A stretch of 64,000 nucleotides of DNA from a virus. The stretch is taken from IMG/VR virus record IMGVR_UViG_3300022843_000001, positions 1-64,000 of that record. One strand, 5' to 3'. Position numbers and translations under genes: made by a program. The notes beneath the pieces were generated by a model. That model worked only from the letters and a program-made list of their open reading frames with translations, was not told the DNA's origin and did no database searches. Positions 39,752 to 46,445 of the stretch are shown here, one piece after another (the stretch's first letter is position 1; every line of letters begins with the position of its first letter).

Positions 39752-40017
39752 CCAATAACTTCAAATAAATGAAGTACTAGGCCGCTATCGATATATGCTG
39801 TGGTCATGTATTTGTGTTCAACACCCATAATGTAGGGTATTTCCTCTCCTGTAAATATCACATCAAAATGTCTTATCTCTGTATATGCACTGGTATCGAT
39901 CTTGGCCCATAACACAAAACGATCATTTTCTATAGAAGCTGTCAATATCTCAGCACCGATGGGCAATTTTAATTCAGTTTTGCGATTTGTTAACTCATAT
40001 TTAAAAATTTTAATCAT
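39748..40017 (-). CDS. Conserved phage hypothetical protein
   Basis: KIFKYEL..LPIGAEILT..LWA..FTGE..LVLHLFEV pattern. Confidence 0.65.
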   Translation of the reverse strand: MIKIFKYELTNRKTELKLPIGAEILTASIENDRFVLWAKIDTSAYTEIRHFDVIFTGEEIPYIMGVEHKYMTTAYIDSGLVLHLFEVIG

Positions 40018-40031
40018 CTAATTTGTCTCTT

Positions 40032-40220
40032 TTAATTGAAAACGTCTAATATAATATCTGTTATTACGATAGAACAAATGTCCTCGTAATCTTCTCCACA
40101 CAAGTCTTCTGCTAAATCCAACATATCCTCGATGGATGCATCCCCACTTGCTCTGGTTCCGTATTGTCGACCCGTTCCGTCTAATTTACGGGTTCTGAAT
40201 GTTATTTCATACGTTCCCAT
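40032..40220 (-). CDS. Hypothetical protein
   Basis: Short ORF coupled to rtcB. Confidence 0.45.
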   Translation of the reverse strand: MGTYEITFRTRKLDGTGRQYGTRASGDASIEDMLDLAEDLCGEDYEDICSIVITDIILDVFN

Positions 40221-40224
40221 AGTA

Positions 40225-41412
40225 TTAACCCTTTACACAAAGCACTTGTTTAATTTCATGTACAATCTCTACCAAATCGGCCTGAGCTGCCATTACATCA
40301 TCGATAGGTTTATACGCACTTGGAGTCTCGTCTATAATACCTTCGTCTATTCTACACTCCACACCACGAACTGCTTCTTCGTGTTGCTGCATAGTTACTA
40401 ATTTCTTCGCTTGGGTTCTGGACATAACCCGACCGGCGCCATGACTACAACTGTGGAAAGATTCCTTGTTTCCCAAGCCTTTAACTATGAATGATCTCTG
40501 TCCCATGCTACTTGGAATGATACCATATTGCCCTTTCTTAGCAGAAACCGCACCCTTTCGAGTAACCCACACATTTTCGTTGTAATGGTTTTCTTTCTGT
40601 ACATAGTTATGATGACAGTCAACAGTCAACTCATCTACCGTAAAAGGTTGTGTATGTTTTTCAAGCACTTCTAAAACATTTTTCATCATCAAAGCACGAT
40701 TCATCTTCGCGAATTCTTGTGCCCAGTCAACGGCTTCGATATATTGATCGAAGTAGGTCGAGTTTTCTGGTAAATATGCCAAGTCCTCGTCTGGCAAAGA
40801 AATAAAATACTTCTCCATTTCCAACTTTGCTTTCTCAATAAAGTATCTGCCAATAGCATTACCCACACCACGACTACCTGAATGTAGCATTACCCACACC
40901 GAATTGTCTGCTTTCTCGATACACACTTCGATGAAATGATTTCCACCACCCAAGGTGCCTAGATGAGCAATATTGTTTGTCTTCTCGACAGGGGCAAATT
41001 CACGCAAATTATCAAAGCCTGAACTTAAATGTTTATTCCAAGTATCGATAACTTCCTTGGGTAATTTCTGGACGTTATGTTTCCCTTGTCCTACAGGAAT
41101 CACCGCTTCAATGTCTAATCTCATCGATTTTAGGTTAAAAGGCAAGTCAGACGCAGTTAAAGACGTTTTAACGGCTTGCATGCCGCAGCCAAGGTCAACG
41201 CCAACTGCAGACGGGATAATCGCTTTTTTGGTGGCCAGAACTGTTCCTATAGCGCAACCTTTACCTAAGTGGGCATCAGGCATAGACGCAATCCATTTGT
41301 GTATGAATGGCATATCAGCAAGGTTCATTAATTGTTCTTTTGTGTTTTCCGCAAAATCAACACCATCACACCAAGCCTTTACTACATGGCCGCGGCCAGT
41401 TAAAACTTTCAT
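40225..41412 (-). CDS. rtcB: RtcB family RNA ligase (3'-phosphate/5'-OH)
   Basis: MPDAHLGKG, VGVDLGCG, LGTLGGGNHF, LHSGSRGVG, HHNY, RKGA, HGAGR, DETPSAYK. Confidence 0.97.
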   Translation of the reverse strand: MKVLTGRGHVVKAWCDGVDFAENTKEQLMNLADMPFIHKWIASMPDAHLGKGCAIGTVLATKKAIIPSAVGVDLGCGMQAVKTSLTASDLPFNLKSMRLDIEAVIPVGQGKHNVQKLPKEVIDTWNKHLSSGFDNLREFAPVEKTNNIAHLGTLGGGNHFIEVCIEKADNSVWVMLHSGSRGVGNAIGRYFIEKAKLEMEKYFISLPDEDLAYLPENSTYFDQYIEAVDWAQEFAKMNRALMMKNVLEVLEKHTQPFTVDELTVDCHHNYVQKENHYNENVWVTRKGAVSAKKGQYGIIPSSMGQRSFIVKGLGNKESFHSCSHGAGRVMSRTQAKKLVTMQQHEEAVRGVECRIDEGIIDETPSAYKPIDDVMAAQADLVEIVHEIKQVLCVKG

Positions 41413-41930
41413 TATTGTAACTCCTTTCCTATATTATTTTTGTTGAGACCTGCCGTATACCAAACAGGCACTGTATTAAATTTCCATGCAGCGAAGTAAC
41501 TTTTTTCTTCGACATAATACTTACGGTATGCATCGACAGCAGAAGTACCTTTGCAGTAATCTGGCATACACTGTGGCGGTTCGCGCCAACCTGCATCTGG
41601 AATACCTTTCGGTAATTTTCCAAGCAAGGTACCTAATTTTCTCCAAGACAAATGTACCTTGCCGTAACGTGCCGTGTATTGCTCCGAAAGGGATTGAAAC
41701 AAGTTATACATGTACATATATTGTTGCTTGTTTTCTCGCACCCATATAGTTGATGGGTGGTTTTTATGAGCGATTTTATATAGATCAGTTGATAATTCTG
41801 TACCTTCGTCGAGTATACGATGGGCAGTTGATAACATCTGTGCATATTCAAGAATCATTTTAACACAATGTTTGTCACAATGCATTGCTGCAGCAATCTC
41901 GTAATCATTGCTAAGATAAAATATATTCAT
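41412..41930 (-). CDS. Pyrimidine-dimer DNA glycosylase family protein (DenV-like)
   Basis: MNIFYL...HCDKHCVKMILEYAQMLSTAH; HKNHPS..W; PPQCMP; YRKYY. Confidence 0.8.
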   Translation of the reverse strand: MNIFYLSNDYEIAAAMHCDKHCVKMILEYAQMLSTAHRILDEGTELSTDLYKIAHKNHPSTIWVRENKQQYMYMYNLFQSLSEQYTARYGKVHLSWRKLGTLLGKLPKGIPDAGWREPPQCMPDYCKGTSAVDAYRKYYVEEKSYFAAWKFNTVPVWYTAGLNKNNIGKELQ

Positions 41931-41962
41931 AATTTAATTTGTTTCTCAATTTCAATACGTGT

Positions 41963-41991
41963 ATTATATCATAAGGTGGGGGTTGTGTCAA
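41963..41991 (-). promoter_or_regulatory. Early sigma70 promoter
   Basis: TTGACA-17-TATAAT; perfect palindrome GTTATATCGATATAAC at 42002-42017. Confidence 0.9.
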
Positions 41992-42037
41992 CAACTTAGT
42001 TGTTATATCGATATAACTGATAGTTATATGGGGGAAT

Positions 42038-42112
42038 TGGTGGGCATGCTAGGGTTCGAACCTAGGATAGCAGATTCAAAATCTGCCGTGTTTCCTACTA
42101 CACTACACGCCT
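42038..42112 (-). tRNA. tRNA-Gln(TTG)
   Basis: Cloverleaf, loop TTTTGAA, CCA encoded. Confidence 0.85.
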
Positions 42113-42131
42113 ATAATTAGAATATACAATT

Positions 42132-42204
42132 TGGCGCTCCCGATAGGACTCGAACCTATAAATTCCCAGCTTCGTAGGCCGAGTTGCATCCAGTTGCCGA
42201 GAGC
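42132..42204 (-). tRNA. tRNA-Arg(ACG), compact D-arm
   Basis: Loop CTACGAA, T-loop TTCGAGT, CCA. Confidence 0.75.
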
Positions 42205-42390
42205 ATAATTTAATAATTTTCGAATTTGCATTTATTGCAGTGGACGTGATGCCTATGGTCTTCTTTGTTTTTCTGGTCACAATTGGTTAGATTACCGGAC
42301 AAGCAATGAGGGCATATTTTACCTGCCTTCAATTTGTCTCGGAACTTTCTATGTTTACCGCTTCTATTAGACATTTCGTTTCCTATAAAT

Positions 42391-42480
42391 TGGCGGAAAG
42401 ATGAGGAGTCGAACCCCTAACGCTACTAACGTCACCACGGTATTCAACACCGTTTGCCGGCCTACCCAGCGGATCAATCC
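42391..42480 (-). tRNA. tRNA-Ser(TGA)
   Basis: Loop GTTGAAT, long variable arm, G73, CCA. Confidence 0.7.
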
Positions 42481-42490
42481 ATAATTTAAA

Positions 42491-42588
42491 ACTGTCTCAG
42501 GATCGTGCCTGATTAACTGGGTTAAGGACCCATTGCATTATTGCTGTGTCATAGTGCACTAATCACAGAAATTATTATGCTAAACAGT
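42491..42588 (-). ncRNA. Putative structured ncRNA in tRNA array
   Basis: Closing stem ACTGTTT/AGACAGT plus hairpins CTGTG/CACAG, TGGGT/ACCCA, CAGG/CCTG; no ORF, no anticodon arm. Confidence 0.55.
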
Positions 42589-42630
42589 GTGTTATAACAA
42601 GATTTTCTACTATATTCAGTAGATGTAATT

Positions 42631-42717
42631 TGGAAGAAGGTAGAGGTAACGATCCCCGAACGCTATAAACGATCCCTTGGGGTTCAAACCCAATTTGTGC
42701 CCAGCACGGTACCTTCC
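42631..42717 (-). tRNA. tRNA-Ser(TGA), second copy, compact D-arm
   Basis: Stem TTGGG/CCCAA, loop TTTGAAC, long variable arm, CCA. Confidence 0.65.
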
Positions 42718-42722
42718 ATTTT

Positions 42723-42796
42723 TGGTAGTCAATGTTGGAATTGAACCAACGTCTCAGGCATGTAAAACCTGTGCTAATCCCCTCAGCTAATCGACT
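42723..42796 (-). tRNA. tRNA-Val(TAC)
   Basis: Canonical cloverleaf, loop TTTACAT. Confidence 0.9.
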
Positions 42797-42801
42797 TTAA
42801 T

Positions 42802-42879
42802 TGGTGGGCCGAGAGGGTCACGATCCCTCTCTCTCCAAATTATGAGTTTGTTGCTTTCCCAGTTAAGCTGTACCAGCCG
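42802..42879 (-). tRNA. tRNA-Met/Ile2(CAT), aberrant 5' end
   Basis: Loop CTCATAA, intact T-arm and CCA; 5' acceptor strand overlaps 3' end of an upstream tRNA remnant. Confidence 0.5.
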
Positions 42880-42950
42880 AGGGATTGAACCTCGTATTGG
42901 ATATCAAAGTGACGCCTTGACAATAATATCCTAGCAAACCATGCGCTGGC
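42871..42950 (-). pseudogene. Degenerate tRNA remnant overlapping the CAT tRNA
   Basis: Acceptor GCCAGC/GCTGGT and T-arm GAGG-TTCAATC-CCTC but no valid anticodon arm. Confidence 0.45.
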
Positions 42951-42955
42951 ATTGA

Positions 42956-43026
42956 TGGTGGTGAGCCTAGGTATCGAACCTAACTGATCTGAGATATGAA
43001 CTCTGATTGGTCCCTGACCGCCCACC
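42956..43026 (-). tRNA. tRNA-Met(CAT), compact D-arm
   Basis: Loop TTCATAT, T-loop TTCGATA, CCA. Confidence 0.7.
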
Positions 43027-43033
43027 ATAAAAG

Positions 43034-43123
43034 TGGAGGAAGACGCTGAAATTGAATCAGACACACATTTCTGGTGCGATTTGTTTAGCAAACAATCCTA
43101 GTCACCAGACTAGATCATCTTCC
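43034..43123 (-). tRNA. tRNA-Ser(GCT)
   Basis: Loop TTGCTAA, long variable arm, CCA. Confidence 0.75.
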
Positions 43124-43128
43124 GAAAA

Positions 43129-43199
43129 TGGCGACCCGATAAGGAATTGAACCTTACAAGACAACGTTTGGAGTGTCGTCACCGCCCAGCGGCCGAGCC
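43129..43199 (-). tRNA. tRNA-Trp(CCA), compact D-arm
   Basis: Loop CTCCAAA, G73, CCA. Confidence 0.75.
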
Positions 43200-43204
43200 A
43201 ATAT

Positions 43205-43280
43205 TGGAGGCAAATAAGAGAATCAAACTCTTCAATAACGAATTTGCAATTCGCACCCGTCATCAGCTGGGTCATCTGCC
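43205..43280 (-). tRNA. tRNA-Cys(GCA)
   Basis: Loop TTGCAAA, U73 discriminator. Confidence 0.85.
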
Positions 43281-43287
43281 GTAAAAT

Positions 43288-43359
43288 TGGTGGAGAATAT
43301 CGGTAACGATCCGATCCATCGACATTGCAAATGTCAAGTCTATCCCATACAGATTCCCC
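43288..43359 (-). tRNA. tRNA-Ala(TGC), compact D-arm
   Basis: Loop TTTGCAA; G3:U70 identity pair. Confidence 0.85.
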
Positions 43360-43457
43360 AAATTTGGTGGACCTTTTAAGAAGGTAGCCGAACCTTTATT
43401 CTATCGCGTGTTCCATATTACACCACATGCCGGACTCGAACCGGATCTCTAAGAATT

Positions 43458-43543
43458 TGGTGGTAGTGGAAGGATTCGAACCCTCAATGACTAGCATACC
43501 TGCGGGTTACAGCCGCGTACCCTTCCTAATGGGTGTCACTACC
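43458..43543 (-). tRNA. tRNA-Tyr(GTA)
   Basis: Loop CTGTAAC, long variable arm, CCA; 5' end overlaps endonuclease stop. Confidence 0.85.
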
Positions 43544-44077
43544 TTTGTTTCTTTTCAATGTTCTAGTTGCATTGGTCACCGTTGCGGCACAACTAGAACT
43601 ACAATATTTGTTCTTTCGTTTTTTATAAGATATAGCATCATGACAATATTCACATATCTTAGGAGATTCTTTATATATAGCTTGAGTCTTATAATGTCGG
43701 GCATTAGCTTTTTCTGATGCCCCATTTTCATTAGCTATGCGCATTGCCTTTTGATTTTTAAGTTTTCTCAATTTCTCATTAGAGTTGATATAGTCCCATC
43801 CACCAGAACCACCTAATTTTAGGTTATAGGTATTAGATTCAGCAATGAAATCAAGATTAACAATTTCAGATTCCTTGTTAAACATTTCCTCTGGGTTGTC
43901 ATAAACGAATAAGATTTCTTTTGTGAATTTGTCTAATCCATGTTTGTCCTGAGCGTATTTTAAGTATTTTCCAGAACCCATATAATTGTCGTTCAAATTT
44001 TTGGTCTTATGTGTTCCAATATAGAACTTGCCATTGATTTGATTTGAAATCTTATAAACAGTGTATTTTATTTCCAT
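43526..44077 (-). mobile_element. GIY-YIG homing endonuclease in tRNA array (SegB-like position)
   Basis: [24 protein letters not shown]; C-terminal CxxC..CSSSC zinc finger. Confidence 0.9.
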
Positions 44078-44082
44078 ACATC

Positions 44083-44090
44083 TATTTATA
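44083..44090 (-). promoter_or_regulatory. Late promoter, 5 nt before endonuclease ATG
   Basis: TATAAATA GATGT ATG. Confidence 0.75.
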
Positions 44091-44117
44091 ATATTTCGAG
44101 TCTTGACTTCGACTCAA

Positions 44118-44191
44118 GGGAGCAGGTAGGGATAATCGAAATCCACTCAGCACGGCTTGGAAGGCCGGCGACTCACCTCGAGCTTACCTGC
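44118..44191 (-). tRNA. tRNA-Gly(TCC), ends CCC not CCA
   Basis: Loop CTTCCAA, U73. Confidence 0.75.
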
Positions 44192-44203
44192 AAAAATAAA
44201 ACA

Positions 44204-44299
44204 CACGACAGACAGAGGGCGATAACAAATGGGCTTTAACGATATATCAGCATCATCCCTGCCGCACCTCGACGGCTTTTCTCTACTTCATCTGTCGTG
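44204..44299 (-). ncRNA. Putative structured ncRNA in tRNA array
   Basis: Perfect 9-bp closing stem CACGACAGA/TCTGTCGTG enclosing AGAG/CTCT, AGGG/CCCT, GCCG/CGGC helices. Confidence 0.55.
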
Positions 44300-44305
44300 C
44301 ATATT

Positions 44306-44377
44306 TGGTAGCGGAAAGAGGACTTGAACCTCTGCTTCACAGGTTATGAGCCTGGAATGCAACCGTTGCGTTCCGCG
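44306..44377 (-). tRNA. tRNA-fMet-like (CAT), compact D-arm
   Basis: C1:U72 mismatch, loop CTCATAA, CCA. Confidence 0.75.
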
Positions 44378-44384
44378 TTAAAAA

Positions 44385-44449
44385 GGTCGAGAGCGCAGGA
44401 CTTGAACCTGACTATGATTCCCGTATAGGGACTTAACATTGTACTCTCT
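44385..44449 (-). pseudogene. Degenerate tRNA remnant
   Basis: T-arm CAGG-TTCAAGT-CCTG and GAGAG/CTCTC acceptor but broken D and anticodon arms. Confidence 0.45.
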
Positions 44450-44517
44450 ATAAATTGGCGGCAAACTTTCCATTCGCCTTGCTGATCACCTTGTACAAAG
44501 TGGTAGCATCTACATGT

Positions 44518-44593
44518 TGGCGACCCTTACGAGTTTTGATCTCGTTGCCTCCACCTTGACAGGGTGGCGCTCTCCCGATTGAGCTAAAGGGTC
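44518..44593 (-). tRNA. tRNA-Asp(GTC)
   Basis: Canonical, loop CTGTCAA, G73. Confidence 0.92.
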
Positions 44594-44611
44594 TTAATTT
44601 AAAATATTCTG

Positions 44612-44771
44612 TCAGGATGGTTGGACTCGAACCATCCATCTAAAGCATTTAGTCAGGACGGCTGGATTCGAACCAGCGTCTCCGCGTTCCAAACGCGGTA
44701 CTAAACCAAGCTCAGCTACGCCCGGACTAAATGCTCTATAAACGTGACTTACCAAGCTAACCTACACCCTG
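44612..44771 (-). pseudogene. Outer tRNA-Pro-like shell interrupted in its anticodon arm
   Basis: CAGGGTG/CATCCTG acceptor, AGCTTGGT D-loop, TTCGAGT T-loop flank an inserted tRNA. Confidence 0.7.
44653..44725 (-). tRNA. tRNA-Pro(TGG), nested; CCA not encoded
   Basis: Stem CCGCG/CGCGG, loop TTTGGAA, T-arm GCTGG-TTCGAAT-CCAGC. Confidence 0.85.
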
Positions 44772-44788
44772 ACACAATATTCTAAATT

Positions 44789-44864
44789 TGGTGCGTCCTC
44801 GAGGAATCGAACCTCGTTATCTGGTTCTTCAAACCAGCGCATTGACCACAACTGCCTAAGACGC
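44789..44864 (-). tRNA. tRNA-Phe(GAA)
   Basis: Loop TTGAAGA, CCA. Confidence 0.88.
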
Positions 44865-44869
44865 GTAAT

Positions 44870-44944
44870 TGGAGCCCCTAGTCGGAATCGAACCAACTTA
44901 TCCGGATTACAAAACCGGTGCATCACCTTTTATGCTTTAGGGGC
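44870..44944 (-). tRNA. tRNA-Thr(TGT)
   Basis: Loop TTTGTAA, CCA. Confidence 0.9.
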
Positions 44945-44948
44945 GTTT

Positions 44949-45103
44949 TGGCATTCCCGATAGGACTCGAACCCTGAACTTGACTTTAGAAGAATCGTGT
45001 GATTTCCAGTTTTACCATACACGCATTATTTGTTATCATGTAATATACACGTTACCTTATATCGACTTATTGCAACGTGCCTATCCAATTAGACTACGGG
45101 AAC
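44949..45103 (-). pseudogene. Chimeric/interrupted tRNA-Arg locus (outer acceptor pair plus inner Arg(TCT) body)
   Basis: GTTCCCG (45103) pairs with CGGGAAT-G-CCA; inner GCGTGTA..CTTCTAA..T-loop lacks its own 3' acceptor strand. Confidence 0.6.
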
Positions 45104-45147
45104 ATTAAATTGCACAGTAACATTGCTGTTGTTACTGTTTTAAAAAT

Positions 45148-45224
45148 TGGCTCCAAACCTAGGCTACGATCCTAGCACGCTTGCATTAACAGTGCAATGC
45201 CCCCACCTAGAGGGCCCGTTTGGA
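45148..45224 (-). tRNA. tRNA-Asn(GTT)
   Basis: Loop CTGTTAA, G73, CCA. Confidence 0.88.
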
Positions 45225-45300
45225 ATAAATTGGCTCAACCGTATTTTTTTATAAGGCAGCTGAGTTCCTCCTTAGATGATTTACAATTTTTTTTCTACGA

Positions 45301-45546
45301 TCAAGAGTTCGAACTCAAAGAAAGTTTATAAAAATTGTTGCTGCAGCACTGACATCTCAGTTGAATCGTAAGAATACTTTTTGATGGTGATCTGCAAACC
45401 ATATGCAGCGTTATTACCATTAAAAAGTAATCTTTGATTGTTTTCTTAAAATTTGACTTACCCTTTCGAGTATAATCTTTTTTCTTGTCACGCATTACAA
45501 CAGACTTGTTATAAGTACGAGCATGTTTTGCCACTGGATTTTTCAT
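45301..45546 (-). CDS. ArfA-like small basic protein (candidate alternative ribosome rescue factor)
   Basis: AGGAGG SD 6 nt upstream; MKNPVAKHARTYNKSVVMRDKKKDYTRKGK resembles ArfA NxxAxxL..F/Y..V..KK..YxRKGK; internal hairpin 45375-45429. Confidence 0.55.
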   Translation of the reverse strand: MKNPVAKHARTYNKSVVMRDKKKDYTRKGKSNFKKTIKDYFLMVITLHMVCRSPSKSILTIQLRCQCCSNNFYKLSLSSNS

Positions 45547-45549
45547 CCC

Positions 45550-45705
45550 GTTCCTCCTATGAAAGATTAATAAAGGCATCTGATTGGCTGCCCAGCAACT
45601 GAGCACTCGCACCAATCATATCCTCGCGGTGATTCTATCATCAAATAGTTAGCGAATCACCGCTTTGTATATTCTAATTTATTGAAGATCATTCATCAGA
45701 GGAAC
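45550..45705 (-). ncRNA. Structured 5' leader / ncRNA upstream of ArfA-like ORF
   Basis: Closing GTTCCTC/GAGGAAC overlapping SD; 10-bp GCGGTGATTC/GAATCACCGC and 7-bp TGATTGG/CCAATCA hairpins. Confidence 0.5.
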
Positions 45706-45737
45706 ACCCCGATGTATTTCTTATTTCTTATACATGT

Positions 45738-45766
45738 ATTATAACATGGTTTTTCGAACTTGTCAA
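45738..45766 (-). promoter_or_regulatory. Sigma70 promoter
   Basis: TTGACA-17-TATAAT. Confidence 0.85.
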
Positions 45767-45820
45767 TCTTTTTTCTTAATTTTCTTTATAATTAATTGTT
45801 ATATCGTTATAATTATAAAG

Positions 45821-45849
45821 AAAATTAAGGCCTGATTTGCAGGCCTTAA
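45821..45849 (-). terminator. Rho-independent terminator-like hairpin
   Basis: TTAAGGCCTG/CAGGCCTTAA 10-bp stem then T-tract. Confidence 0.65.
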
Positions 45850-45957
45850 CCATATCTTATGTCGTCTTCTTCTATATTTTTCTATTTTTCAACTAAAGGA
45901 ATTCTTAATTCTTGATTCTTGATCAGCATTTACAAATTCCCAATTTCCTATACATTC

Positions 45958-45986
45958 ATTATAACAGGATTTAGTACCTGTGTCAA
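45958..45986 (-). promoter_or_regulatory. Sigma70 promoter
   Basis: TTGACA-17-TATAAT. Confidence 0.8.
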
Positions 45987-46216
45987 CAACTAATTGCAAT
46001 ATTCTTATAATTAGATTCAGTACTTATCGTAGTGAACTAATGATATCAGCGATGGAAGCGGGTTTAGCTTGACTGTACGTCTTTACAGCATATTCATAAT
46101 TATTATCAAGCATTTTTGCTACATCATTCTCATTGTTTCCCCATTTTAATAACAATTTAGTTACCTTGGATTTGAATTTATTCTGTATCATAATATTTCT
46201 CAATTTCTATACATGT

Positions 46217-46245
46217 ATTATACCATAGTCCCGGCAATATGTCAA
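46217..46245 (-). promoter_or_regulatory. Sigma70 promoter
   Basis: TTGACA-17-TATAAT; palindrome at 46276-46290. Confidence 0.85.
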
Positions 46246-46292
46246 CAACTAATTTCAGTTTAGTTAGAACTTATGGTTATATCGATATAATT

Positions 46293-46366
46293 TGGTTCTC
46301 AATGATGGTAACGATCCACCGTCGTTCGGTTATCAGCCGAATGCTCTACCTTTGAGCTAATCGAGA
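46293..46366 (-). tRNA. tRNA-Ile(GAT)
   Basis: Canonical, loop CTGATAA. Confidence 0.92.
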
Positions 46367-46391
46367 ATAATTTCTCATTTCCTATACATTT

Positions 46392-46420
46392 ATTATAACA
46401 GGATTTTGTGCCTATGTCAA
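46392..46420 (-). promoter_or_regulatory. Sigma70 promoter
   Basis: TTGACA-17-TATAAT. Confidence 0.8.
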
Positions 46421-46445
46421 CCTTTATTTTTAATTTATTCAGTCC

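Noticed and set aside
40225-41412. Intein or intron in RtcB, gp52 or ligase
   Set aside because: Lengths and motifs are contiguous; no Hint or group I signatures seen
42391-42717. Possible selenocysteine or opal suppressor tRNAs
   Set aside because: Anticodons read TGA (Ser), not TCA; no sign of recoding in window ORFs, which use TAA, TAG and TGA as stops
45547-45615. 104-aa version of the ArfA-like ORF
   Set aside because: Upstream GTG/ATG lacks SD and lies in the structured leader; strong SD supports 45546
45260-45720. tmRNA or RNase P RNA gene
   Set aside because: No tRNA-Ala-like ends, tag ORF or RNase P conserved motifs recognisable
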